From the NCBI GenBank assembly GCA_002269645.1, contig NIVC01004407.1, positions 23,677-87,676 of the forward strand: a stretch of DNA of 64,000 nt, read 5' to 3'. This DNA is from Macrostomum lignano. Lineage: Eukaryota. The translations under genes and the position numbers were made by a program. Below are positions 10,841 to 23,256 of this stretch, piece by piece (positions within the stretch are counted from its first letter, which is position 1; every line of letters starts with the position of its first letter). The notes beneath the pieces are model-generated. The model worked only from the letters and a program-made list of their open reading frames with translations. It had not been told where the DNA came from and made no database searches.

Positions 10841-13715
10841 ATCTAAATATGAATAATACTGTAATATTGTAGCATCACCTGACACCTGTCAACTGGTTGG
10901 TTCAAGGTTGGCTGGATCAGGTATTTATGAGGCATTTATGACTCATGAGTAGTACTTAAAATTTTGATAAGATTATTGTTACAATAATTAATGAACTAGG
11001 CCTAGTTCTCTTGATTTCAATCTTTAAATCAAGAATCTTGGATTTTTATATTTATAGGCCTATTATTAGGCCATATTAATTTTTGCTTTAGTATAATATA
11101 AAGGCCTTCTTAGAGTTAATGTTAGAGCTTTAAAAAATCTTTGCAAAGTACATTAAAATGGGTGCTTTTGAAGTTCTGCATCGCATATATATTTTTTAAT
11201 TGAACAAAAATGGCTAGGCTCCTTAGTTAGTTTTGGCAAAAAGTCACTATAAACTGCAATGCCAATATAATAAACTATTTTTTTAATTTTTCTTTTTTTA
11301 TTCCTACATTATAGGATTGTTGCAAAAGTTGTTAGATGTTTACTGTGGACAGCAGGATTGTTTGAATAAGATAAATTTTACCTATATTCTCTCATTTTTT
11401 AAATAGAAAATTTTGTAGCAAAGTATATTCCTACCAAAACAAAAGTTAGCATTTAGAAACTAGACCCAAGAAATATAACACAATTTTGAAGTTTACAGAG
11501 TGGTCTTTCCATAGTGCAGAAGGATTTCCATGTATGACAAAAAGTAAATTTTAGTTTTAGTCTTTTGTTTGTATATATGATGGTATAAATATAATAATAG
11601 AATAGTCAAATAATTTTACTTCAGCTATATAACAATGCTCAATTCTATAGACATTCCAGGAAAAAGCATAGAAATTGGTATACAAATAAATTAAGTGTTG
11701 ATTAAATTAAAAAATCATAATATAAAGTAAAGACTAAAATAAAAGGTATATCAATATATATTTGCTTGGCCTAAGAATATAAATTTTATGTTTTATTGCA
11801 GCACAGTTTTAAAAACAATTGTATTGTACAGTTTTTTATACTTAAACTGTAGAAAAAAACACATCAAAAACATATTGTAAATTTTGTTTTTAATGAGCAT
11901 TCTAATGTAATTATTAAATATCATATAACATACTATTATATTGACTACAACTTCAAGTAATATAAATAGTAGTAATGTAGCCATTTATAAATTCATAGTC
12001 TTATTGTGAACCTGTGAATGCACTATGCATATAATGTACAATAGTGTAGCCAACATATATAATGTTATAATATGTATGATAAAAGGCCCTGTAGTAAAAA
12101 TGAATGATATACAATATATACTATACCTAGCCTTGGTATATGATTTCTATTTTATACCTATCCTTCTACACTATGGTGGTCTATCCATTTTTTATGGGGG
12201 TATAGTTTCTGATTTAGCTTTAGCAATTGTTGCATTGTTTACAACATCTGGTTGGCTAGCATTTCTATTTGGCTTAGATAAAAATGCTGCTTTGAGAGCC
12301 AATGGGATTGATAGACTATCTGGATCCATGGCAATTAGTTCTGCTGCCTTTCAAGAAGTGTTTTTGATGAACTTGTACAGCTCTTTGACTTCTCTTCAAT
12401 GGCTCAGTGTCTAATTTGTCATGCAGCTCAACATTGTATGGCTTCTTGGCTACCTTGCAATATGTTTTTATAAGCCTTTTGATTTGGTTCTCAAATTCAA
12501 AGAAATAAAAATTCAATTCTGTAGAGCAGAGCTCAAGAAAAGTGTCAAGCCCAAAAAAGAATGCCAAGTGCATCATTGTGTCAAGATAATATCTTTCTTT
12601 GATCTTTATGCAGAGACCCTCTTGTTTTGCTCAACAATCAAATTGATCCGATTTCAGTGATCCTGTGACAAGAAATCTCAAATTGATCCGATCTCAGTGA
12701 TCCTATGACAAGAAATCTCAAATTGATCTGATCTCAGTGATCCTGTGACAAGAAATCTCAAATTGATCCGATCTCAGTGATCCTGTGACAAGAAATCACT
12801 CAACTTGTCTATCTGGCATTCTTTGCTAATTGACATGAGTCTTCTAGCCATGATGCAATTGATACTGCTCTAGCCAAGCAGTCTAGATCCAGTCCAGATT
12901 GCAATTTATAATTGCAGAAGCATAATATAGTTGCAATATATCATTGCCAAGCTTAACATTTTCAACATTCAATAAATCCTTAGCAAGCATGTTAGATTGC
13001 AAGTCAGAATAATTTTGCTTTTTGATCATGTGTTTCACATCACCTAATAGCTAAAGCTTGCTACATTGAGCTTTAGCACTAGTTAGCTAATTCGTAGCTG
13101 GTTTTAGCTAGATTAGAGACTGGTTCAACAGAATTCTAAGTTGCAGAAGCTGAGTCAATTGAAATCCCAGCTAGATTAGAGGCTGGTTTAATGGATATTG
13201 TAGCTGCATTAGAGGCTGATCACTACTAATTGTAGCTGCATCAAATAGAGTCTAGTTGGAATAAAAAGCAAGTATAAGAATTTATAATAACTAATAATTA
13301 TGAACAAATCAGTGATTGTACCTATAACTATGCCCTCTATAACTTTATGCAACATGTAGAATATAGACCTATGCTGTAACTACATGCCCCTGTAACTTAA
13401 TACAACATAAGAAGAAACAATATGATTAGCAATGCTAGATAAAAGTGCACTTTCTAGGTACTGTACTTTAAACAGAACCCATTAATTATTGTTTTAGATT
13501 TATTCCTTAGCTGTAGTTCTCTTAGCTCTCTAAGTATAGGTATAATAGCATTCTTTTAGTATAGGTTTGTATTGAGTTTTATTGAGTTATTCAAGCCTTC
13601 GCAGTTAGTTATATTTAAATATTTTTATAACAAAAACTTGAGCCAATTCTAACTAAAAGAGCCTTTAAAGCAAAACTTGAGCACATTTTTTCATTGTTTA
13701 TCATAAAAACAAGTT
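10841..13715. other. AT-rich, CpG-depleted island; possibly a heavily decayed non-LTR retroelement (minus strand)
   Basis: Only 6 CpG counted by eye in ~2.9 kb while GpC is common. Faint RT-like traces on the minus strand (LLLFILLEV, compare LINE SPLLF.I.LE). The TE identity is weak. Confidence 0.35.
12638..12797. repeat. 40-bp tandem repeat x4
   Basis: tcaaattgatccgatctcagtgatcctgtgacaagaaatc; one copy has gatctg (CpG to TpG). Confidence 0.9.
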
Positions 13716-13971
13716 CGCGTTCCCATGGTGTCTTTTTTGTTCTTTCTGATTTCCTGTGCATAACTGCAGCATAACTATGTTGCATAACTACTGTGCATAA
13801 CTAGCATTTGCTACATTGAACCGCGCAACATTGCATGGTTATTAACTGCAGCTCCCCAAAGCAGACAGCAGAGGAAATGCAAGCCACTCGCACACTGGGC
13901 ATCTAAGAGCGGCTGAGCTGCCATCCGAGCCCAGCTATCCCACTATCGCACCTCTGCCCGCCTAGTTCGGC

Positions 13972-15385
13972 ATGACTCATCACGGCGCCAAGCATCTCAG
14001 CGGTTACTATGGTTACGAGGCCGAAGCGCAGCTGCCCTCCGACCAGCGCTATCCCGGCTTCTCAGGTGCCAACGGCATCGCCCGCTCCGCCAGCACCGCT
14101 CTCGCCACCGCCACCAGCGAGGCCGCCGTAGCCGGGACCAGCGGCGGCCTGCAGCTTCATCAGCAGCCTCTCCATCACCAGCAGCCTCAGGTGACGGCGA
14201 AGAGCCGCTTCTCGCTGCTCCGCCTGGGCAAGCCGCCGCGGCCACGCAGCGAGGTGCTGAACCTGCCGCCCGGCTACGCCGCCTACCTGGCTGCAGGTGC
14301 GGCTGTCGGCGGTGGCGAAGGCGGCCACCATCGGTGCTGCCCGCAGCGGCCCGGCGACGACCTCATGGTTCAGTCGATGAACGAGGCGCAGCTCGGCGTT
14401 GGCGCCGTTTCCATGGCAACAGGAGCTGCTCCGCTGGCTGTGCCTGAGATGGGTGAGTGCTTTCTGTGTGCTCAGTGCTTACCACTGAAATATTGGAGTG
14501 CTCTGTGTGCTCAGTGCTCACCACTGCGATATTGGAGTGCTCTGTGCGCTCAGTGCTCACCACTACGATATTGGAGTGCTCTGTGTGCTCAGTGCTCACC
14601 ACTGCGATATTGGAGTGCTCTGTGTGTGCTCAGTGCTTACCACTGCGATATTGGAGTGCTCTGTGTGCTCAGTGCTTACCACTGCGATATTGGAGTGCTC
14701 TGTGTGCTCAGTGCTCCCACTGCGATATTGGAGTGCTCTGTGTGCTCAGTGCTTACCACTGCGATATTGGAGTGCTCTGTGTGTGCTCAGTGCTCACCAC
14801 TGCGATATTGGAGTGCTCTGTGTGTGCTCAGTGCTCACCACTGCGATATTGGATATGAGCGCCATGGGGGCTGTTGGCTTGCTACACTGCAGTTTCGTTA
14901 TAAAAAAATTGAAATTGCAGTCTCTTAACTCCACACGATAGGTAACTCTTGAAAAACTTGTTTAACTTTGTTAAAATCCCATTGAGATTCACATCCCGAA
15001 TTGCTCCCCGCTCGCCACTCAGGCTGTCACGAGCAGCAGCAGCAGGCCGCCGCCTCCGTGGCCAGGACCGCTTCGAGCCGGGACCGGCTGAGGAGTCTGC
15101 GCTCCCGCATCTCCCTGTCCTTCTCCAAGCTGTGTGAGTGGATTAGAGTTTATAAATGGGATTCGGAATTGTAATTCTTACTGAAGGAGATTGTGTACCC
15201 AATGTAAAAATTCATGTAGCTCTGATTGAACCGTTAACCCTCTGTAAAGCAGTTAAACAGTTATTCGTGCATCAACTATTTCAAACTCCTCCTCATCACC
15301 GCCAGCACTGCTGCAAAATGACCCGCCGTCACAACAGCTGCAGGCCAATGGATCCACGTCTGCCCTGCACGGCTCCATGTTCGGG
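13972..15385 (+). CDS. Multi-exon gene for an unrecognised low-complexity (Ala/Gly/Gln/Ser/His-rich) protein; exons 13972-14452, 15023-15133, 15261-15385, possible last exon 15603-15689
   Basis: Canonical GTGAGT donors and AG acceptors with compatible phases (1,1,0) join into one frame: ...VPEMG|CHEQQQQAAASVARTASSRDRLRSLRSRISLSFSKL|FIRASTISNSSSSPP...HGSMFG. Codons are GC-rich. Confidence 0.65.
14455..14852. repeat. 39-41-bp intronic minisatellite (~10 copies) starting inside the splice donor
   Basis: Unit gagtgctctgtgtgctcagtgctcaccactgcgatattg; the first unit overlaps positions +3 to +6 of GTGAGT at 14453. Confidence 0.92.
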
Positions 15386-15415
15386 GTGAGTTGCCTTGTG
15401 CCAGCATGCGAGACC

Positions 15416-15585
15416 TGTCCCCATGTCAGCTGACCAGTCCCCATGTCAGCTGACCAGTCCCCATGTCAGCTGACCAGTCCCCATGTCAGCTGACCAGTCC
15501 CCATGTCAGCTGACCAGTCCCCATGTCAGCTGACCAGTCCCCATGTCAGCTGACCAGTCCCCATGTCAGCTGACCAGTCCCCATG
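15416..15585. repeat. 20-bp intronic minisatellite (~8 copies) with palindromic core GTCAGCTGAC
   Basis: Unit gtccccatgtcagctgacca. Confidence 0.93.
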
Positions 15586-16489
15586 CCCACTCAACTCGCA
15601 AGAGTTTCCCAATTTGCGTCATTCTCAAAGCGGCAGACGCAGCCAGTAATCAGCAGGCGGACCAGCTGCGGCAGCCCGTGGCATGCTAGGAAATTGCCGC
15701 TCAGGGGCGTCCCGTCATAAGCGACTTCTTCTGCCCTCGGCACAGCTGGGCGAGAAGCGCATCCGCCTTCTGCTTGTTTCAAATCCGCCCTCCCCCATCT
15801 CAGTTTTCCTCTGCGTGCCGGTTTTTACTGCCTTTGGGCCCGGCTTAGGCTGGCGGGGGGGGGGAGGTGGGGCTCGCGGAGCTCGGCCTCGGCTCGAAGG
15901 CAAAATTCTCTCATTTCTTCCTCCTCCCTGTCCGCCGGTCTCAGCGCCTCGCCCGCAGCTTAATCCCCGATCGCTTTGGGATTTCTTGTGTGCGAGCGGC
16001 GCGACACCGCCTGCCCCTCACTGACTGTCCGGCAGGGTGGGGAGGTCGCGAAGGTGGCTCTGTTTACACGGCTGTTTGTTTATCGGGCTTCACCGGCCCC
16101 GCTTGCTCGGCCAGTCCCCCTGCCCGTCCTGCATTCGCAAGCAGTCCATGAAGCCAATTCTGTCCGATCTGCAGTTTATGCGAGTTTCGTCTGCACCGTG
16201 TACTTTAATGTTTGCAGTCCATTGCTTTCAACTGTTGTAAATTATTTCAGTGTACTTTTCTTAAATTAGCGGTATTCACTGGGTTTATTATTATTCCATT
16301 TTAGTCTGCACCGTTTTTTATTCTTTGGATTTCCTTGAGAAGAAGGCATTTTTTTTCGTTCAGCATCCGAGCTGCACCTTGTCAGCCTCTTCAGGCTATT
16401 AACATGCCCTATCAGGACTTCTCTGTGTCCGCATTAACCCCGGTGGATATCTGGACTGGCTCAGCCACTGGCCTGACGGAACTTCGGCC

Positions 16490-16815
16490 AGTAGCCGATC
16501 GGCACATATCGGTAGCCGATCAGTATATATCGGTAGCTGATCAGTATATATCGGTAGCCGATCAGTATATATCGGTAGCCGATCAGCACATATCGGTAGC
16601 CGATCAGCAAATATCGGTAGCCGATCAGCACATATCGGTAGCCGATCAGCAAATATCGGTAGCCGATCAGCACATATCGGTAGCCGATCAGCAAATATCG
16701 GTAGCCGATCAGCACATATCGGTAGCCGATCAGTGCATATCGGTAGCCGATCAGTGCATATCGGAAGCGTATCAGTGCACATCGGTAGCCGATCAACACA
16801 TCGGTAGCCGATCAG
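16490..16815. repeat. 21-bp minisatellite (~15 copies) with hairpin core ATCGG-TAG-CCGAT
   Basis: Unit atatcggtagccgatcagcac; no unique spacers. Confidence 0.93.
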
Positions 16816-16971
16816 TAATAATCAAAACTAATTCTCAGCACGAACTCTATGAGCTGTCCTGTTCTCTCTGCTTGCTCTGCTTCTTTTAATTCCGCCTGAA
16901 ATCGCCGGGGCAGCTCAAAGTGTCCCCAGCTCGATCCTGAGCTCTCAAAGCACTCAGCCGAGCTCGAGCTG

Positions 16972-17163
16972 GGATTAGAACTGTATCACTAGGGGATTAG
17001 CGCGCACTTTTGTCACTCATATCGCTCTTGTCTCTTCTGATACGCCCCGCATTAATCCGCCTTGGGGAAGGCGTGGGGAGTTTATTCTCCATAGCTGCTC
17101 CGCCCGTCTCGGTGGGAAGCCAAGCGCTAATCAGGTCCGCTCCATGGGGCGCCGGGCTAATCC
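16972..17163. promoter_or_regulatory. Cluster of four K50-homeodomain-type sites (TAATCC/GGATTA), candidate enhancer
   Basis: GGATTA at 16972 and 16994, TAATCC at 17053 and 17158, in GC-rich non-coding DNA with many other TAAT/ATTA words. Confidence 0.35.
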
Positions 17164-19129
17164 AGTTTCGGACGGACAGGGGGACACGGTGCAGCGATCT
17201 GGCAGATGGGCTAATGCGTGCGATTGCGGCTCTATTTAACTGCCGCTGCTATTATTCATATGCGCCCCGCTGCCATTCATATGCGCAGTCTCGCCTCCTT
17301 CCTGTCTCCTCTCTCATGATGAATGGCCGCAAACTGCAGCTTTTTGTTCCCTCCGATCTCCTCAAAAATCCCGCGGGGCCCAGATACAATTTCTCCAGCA
17401 ACACGGGGGTCTGGAAGCGGCCTGGCGCCCTTGAATTCCCAGCATCTGGTCCGCCTGCTGCAGAACTTGATCAGCTCTGGCCGGCACTACTTTCTCCCCT
17501 TCCTCCCCTGCTCAGAATAATTTCATTCGCCCCGGTCTCTGCCGCGTTCCGGGCTGCGGCTTCTGAGGCGGCGTTTATTTTCTGCTTTCTCGCGTGCCTG
17601 TTGGAAAAATCTAATAAGTTTTCTTGCTGTTTTGCTGCTTCTGTGAGGCCGCCCTGGTCCCCGCCTTCTCCCAGGTCCCATTTTATATTCATAAGTCCGG
17701 CTTCCCGGTGGCTGCCGAATTCATTAGGAATTTTTGCTTATGGCTTTCACTAATTACAACCAAGCCGAGGCTGAGCTTCTGTCCCCCCCTCCATGCCGCC
17801 GCGTTCCACCTCCCCTGCTTGCCTGCCGGATGCTGCAGGAATCCCGCGATCAGGGTGGGACACCTGACAGCCAGCGGTGGCGAAATCGCTTTTAGGCCGG
17901 CCGGATTCTCCCACACGAAGAGTTTCACATCGATCTTCCCTAGCTGAGTTATTCCTTGTTGGCAACAAGCATTCTCTATTTTGGACTGTGCAGTGGGCCG
18001 GGCAGAGCCTTGGAATTCGGTTCGAATTCGTTCCGCTGCTACCCCCCCGGCCGCGCCCGGTGCAAATGCCGATCTGCTATAAATAAAGTCGCAGCAGTTC
18101 GCGGCTACGCTGGGCAATTGGGGCTTGGGAAGGTTCGGCTGGAGGCAGCAGTGCCCGCCTGTGCCCCATCTTTGCGAGCTTGACCCGCGCTGCCTCTGGG
18201 CGCGGACGTGAAAACGCTGCGGGCTGGGGGGCTGCGACCTCCCAGTCCCAGCGGGGCTTGGCCGCTGCGGCAGCAGCGAGTGCGCAATCTCCAGGTGGCG
18301 GCGGCGGCTTGTTCGCGCCCGGGCGGCAGCGCAGGGCGGGGGTGGCTGGCTTGGGCGAACAAGGCTGAGTGACGGCCCGCATGCTGGCAGTGCTTGCGGG
18401 GCATCCGGGCAGAGAGATGAACAGATACGAGCGCCCCGGCCAGCCTTGTTGCATTGAAAGATGATCCTGTCGGCCTCGTTCCGCTCTGCCAATTGTAGCA
18501 GTTGGCCGGCCCGCATTGTCTCCGCCTTTGTGGCGGCTCTCGCCACCGTTGCCAGCAATCTATCAGCTTTGGCTCGCTTTGCTTTAATCAACTGTCTTGA
18601 AGTGCATCTCGCTCGGCCTTCGTTTGTCCTTTTATGCGGTCAGGGGATTCGGGGCGCTGCTCAGCCAGCGCCTTCACCTGCGCCTAATTGATGATGGGTG
18701 ACCGTTTTGAGGACTTTGTTCGTTCTTTCAAGTGCACTGATTTAGCGAGCTGTCAGCGAGACACTTGGCGCTGGCATTTTCCTCATTCCCTCTCAATTGC
18801 CCTCCCTGATCCCCGCTGGCAGTAGGGACGGTCCCGCTTTGACTGCCTCTTATCGGGGGGCTGACGATCCGGATGAAGCTGGTAGTGCAAGCCGGATGTG
18901 CTCAGCTTCTTGCAGCTGAGAGCCCGCAGGCCGATCCGCCAGCATTCAGCCGGCCTCACTTGATTTTCCTTTCAAATTCTACAGAGACTGACTGAGTTCT
19001 TTGCCGGGGGAGCCTTCGGGGCATGCGGGCTGAGCTGCAGTGCGCGCCAGCTGCTTCTGAACCGAATCTCTGAATCTGTAGCGAGCCCGGCTTTCTTTTC
19101 ATTTCTGTCCAACTGCTAATTTCCATAAT

Positions 19130-22100
19130 CCATTTAGTTTGGGCGATTTTAATTAATCCATTGTCCAATTTGTGAGATTTCCAAGAATCCATTTCCTAAT
19201 ATGGGGAGATTTCATTAATCCATTTCCCAATTTGGAGATTCATTAATCCATTGTCCAATTTGTGAGATTTCCAATAATCCATTTCCTAATATGGGGAGAT
19301 TTCATTAATCCATTTCCCAATTTGGAAAGATTCATTAATCCATTGTCCAATTTGTGAGATTTCCAAGAATCCATTTCCTAATATGGGGAGATTTCATTAA
19401 TCCATTTCCCAATTTGGAAAGATTCATTAATCCATTGTCCAATTTGTGAGATTTCCAATAATCCATTTCCTAATATGGGGAGATTTCATTAATCCATTTC
19501 CCAATTTGGAAAGATTCATTAATCCATTGTCCAATTTGTGAGATTTCCAAGAATCCATTTCCAATATGGAGATTTCATTAATCCATTTCCCAATTTGGAA
19601 AGATTCATTAATCCATTGTCCAATTTGTGAGATTTCAAGAATCCATTTCCTAATATGGGGAGATTTCATTAATCCATTTCCCAATTTGGAAAGATTCATT
19701 AATCCATTGTCCAATTTGTGAGATTTCCAAGAATCCATTTCCTAATATGGGGAGATTTCATTAATCCATTTCCCAATTTGGAAAGATTCATTAATCCATT
19801 GTCCAATTTGTGAGATTTCCAAGAATCCATTTCCTAATATGGGGAGATTTCATTAATCCATTTCCCAATTTGGAAAGATTCATTAATCCATTGTCCAATT
19901 TGTGAGATTTCCAAGAATCCATTTCCTAATATGGGGAGATTTCATTAATCCATTTCCCAATTTGGAAAGATTCATTAATCCATTGTCCAATTTGTGAGAT
20001 TTCCAAGAATCCATTTCCTAATATGGGGAGATTTCATTAATCCATTTCCCAATTTGGAAAGATTCATTAATCCATTGTCCAATTTGTGAGATTTCCAATA
20101 ATCCATTTCCTAATATGGGGAGATTTCATTAATCCATTTCCCAATTTGGAAAGATTCATTAATCCATTGTCCAATTTGTGAGATTTCCAATAATCCATTT
20201 CCTAATATGGGGAGATTTCATTAATCCATTTCCCAATTTGGAAAGATTCATTAATCCATTGTCCAATTTGTGAGATTTCCAAGAATCCATTTCCTAATAT
20301 GGGGAGATTTCATTAATCCATTTCCCAATTTGGAAAGATTCATTAATCCATTGTCCAATTTGTGAGATTTCCAAGAATCCATTTCCTAATATGGGGAGAT
20401 TTCATTAATCCATTTCCCAATTTGGAAAGATTCATTAATCCATTGTCCAATTTGTGAGATTTCAATAATCCATTTCCTAATATGGGGAGATTTCATTAAT
20501 CCATTTCCCAATTTGGAAAGATTCATTAATCCATTGTCCAATTTGTGAGATTTCAATAATCCATTTCCTAATATGGGGAGATTTCATTAATCCATTTCCC
20601 AATTTGGAAAGATTCATTAATCCATTGTCCAATTTGTGAGATTTCAATAATCCATTTCCTAATATGGGGAGATTTCATTAATCCATTTCCCAATTTGGAA
20701 AGATTCATTAATCCATTGTCCAATTTGTGAGATTTCCAAGAATCCATTTCCTAATATGGGGAGATTTCATTAATCCATTTCCCAATTTGGAAAGATTCAT
20801 TAATCCATTGTCCAATTTGTGAGATTTCCAATAATCCATTTCCTAATATGGGGAGATTTCATTAATCCATTTCCCAATTTGGAAAGATTCATTAATCCAT
20901 TGTCCAATTTGTGAGATTTCCAAGAATCCATTTCCTAATATGGGGAGATTTCATTAATCCATTTCCCAATTTGGAAAGATTCATTAATCCATTGTCCAAT
21001 TTGTGAGATTTCCAAGAATCCATTTCCTAATATGGGGAGATTTCATTAATCCATTTCCCAATTTGGAAAGATTCATTAATCCATTGTCCAATTTGTGAGA
21101 TTTCCAAGAATCCATTTCCTAATAGGGAGATTTCATTAATCCATTTCCAATTTGGAAAGATTCATTAATCCATTGTCCAATTTGGGAGATTTCCAAGAAT
21201 CCATTTCCTAATATGGGAGATTTCATTAATCCATTTCCCAATTTGGAAAGATTCATTAATCCATTGTCCAATTTGTGAGATTTCCAAGAATCCATTTCCT
21301 AATATGGGAGATTTCATTAATCCATTTCCCAATTTGGAAAGATTCATTAATCCATTGTCCAATTTGTGAGATTTCCAAGAATCCATTTCCTAATATGGGG
21401 AGATTTCATTAATCCATTTCCAATTTGGAAAGATTCATTAATCCATTGTCCAATTTGTGAGATTTCCAAGAATCCATTTCCTAATATGGGGAGATTTCAT
21501 TAATCCATTTCCAATTTGGAAAGATTCATTAATCCATTGTCCAATTTGGGATTTCCAAGAATTCATTTCCTAATATGGGGAGATTTCATTAATCCATTTC
21601 CCAATTTGGAAAGATTCATTAATCCATTGTCCAATTTGTGAGATTTCCAAGAATCCATTTCCTAATATGGGGAGATTTCATTAATCCATTTTCCAATTTG
21701 GAAAGATTCATTAATCCATTGTCCAATTTGGGAGATTTCCAAGAATCCATTTCCCAATATGGGGAGATATTATTAATCCATTTCCCAATTTGGAAAGATT
21801 CATTAATCCATTGTCCAATTTGTGAGATTTCCAATAATCCATTTCCCAATTTAGGAGATTTCATTAATCCATTTTCCAATTTAGGAGATTTCAATTAATC
21901 CATTTCATAATTTAGGAGATTTCATTAATCCATTTCTTAATTTAGGAGATTTCATTAATCCATTTCTTAATTTAGGAGATTTCATTAATCCATTTCTTAA
22001 TTTAGGAGATTTCATTAATCCATTTCCCAATTTGGGAAGACTCATTAATCCATTGTCCAATTTGGGAGATTTCATTAATCCATTTCCCAATTTAGGAGAT

Positions 22101-23256
22101 TTCATTAATCCATTTTCCAATTTGTGAGATTTCCAAGAATCCATTTCCTAATATGGGGAGATTTCATTAATCCATTTCCCAATTTAGAAAGATTCATTAA
22201 TCCATTGTCCAATTTGTGAGATTTCCAAGAATCCATTTCCTAATATGGGGAGATTTCATTAATCCATTTCCCAATTTGGAAAGATTCATTAATCCATTGT
22301 CCAATTTGTGAGATTTCCAAGAATCCATTTCCTAATATGGGGAGATTTCATTAATCCATTTCCCAATTTGGAAAGATTCATTAATCCATTGTCCAATTTG
22401 TGAGATTTCCAATAATCCATTTCCCAATATGGGGAGATTTCATTAATCCATTTCCCAATTTGGAAAGATTCATTAATCCATTGTCCAATTTGGGAGATTT
22501 CCAAGAATCCATTTCCTAATATGGGGAGATTTCATTAATCCATTTCCCAATTTGGAAAGATTCATTAATCCATTGTCCAATTTGTGAGATTTCCAAGAAT
22601 CCATTTCCTAATATGGGGAGATTTCATTAATCCATTTCCCAATTTGGAAAGATTCATTAATCCATTGTCCAATTTGGGAGATTTCCAAGAATCCATTTCC
22701 TAATATGGGGAGATTTCATTAATCCATTTCCAATTTGGAAAGATTCATTAATCCATTGTCCAATTTGTGAGATTTCCAAGAATCCATTTCCTAATATGGG
22801 GAGATTTCATTAATCCATTTCCCAATTTGGAAAGATTCATTAATCCATTGTCCAATTTGTGAGATTTCCAAGAATCCATTTCCTAATATGGGGAGATTTC
22901 ATTAATCCATTTCCCAATTTGGAAAGATTCATTAATCCATTGTCCAATTTGGGAGATTTCCAAGAATCCATTTCCTAATATGGGGAGATTTCATTAATCC
23001 ATTTCCCAATTTGGAAAGATTCATTAATCCATTGTCCAATTTGTGAGATTTCCAATAATCCATTTCCCAATTTAGGAGATTTCATTAATCCATTTCCCAA
23101 TTTGGAGATTCATTAATCCATTGTCCAATTATGGAGATTTCCATTAATCCATTTCCCAATATGGGAGATTTCATTAATCCATTTCCCAATTTGTGAGATT
23201 TCCAATAATCCATTTCCAATTTAGGAGATTTCATTAATCCATTTCCAATTTGGAAA
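19130..23256. repeat. 92-bp higher-order satellite (three related ~29-32-bp monomers), ~45 units, running into an assembly gap
   Basis: attcattaatccattgtccaatttgtgag + atttccaagaatccatttcctaatatggggag + atttcattaatccatttcccaatttggaaag; period 92 (19321 to 19413). Confidence 0.96.

Noticed and set aside
16335-16889. 184-aa ISVADQH repeat ORF / possible CRISPR array
   Set aside because: A 21-bp tandem unit with no unique spacers, no cas genes and a eukaryotic context; the open frame follows from unit length being a multiple of 3.
17010-18691. Overlapping 247- and 300-aa ORFs in the GC-rich block
   Set aside because: No recognisable motifs, no splice-consistent chain, and overlapping on both strands; better explained as GC-rich non-coding or regulatory DNA.
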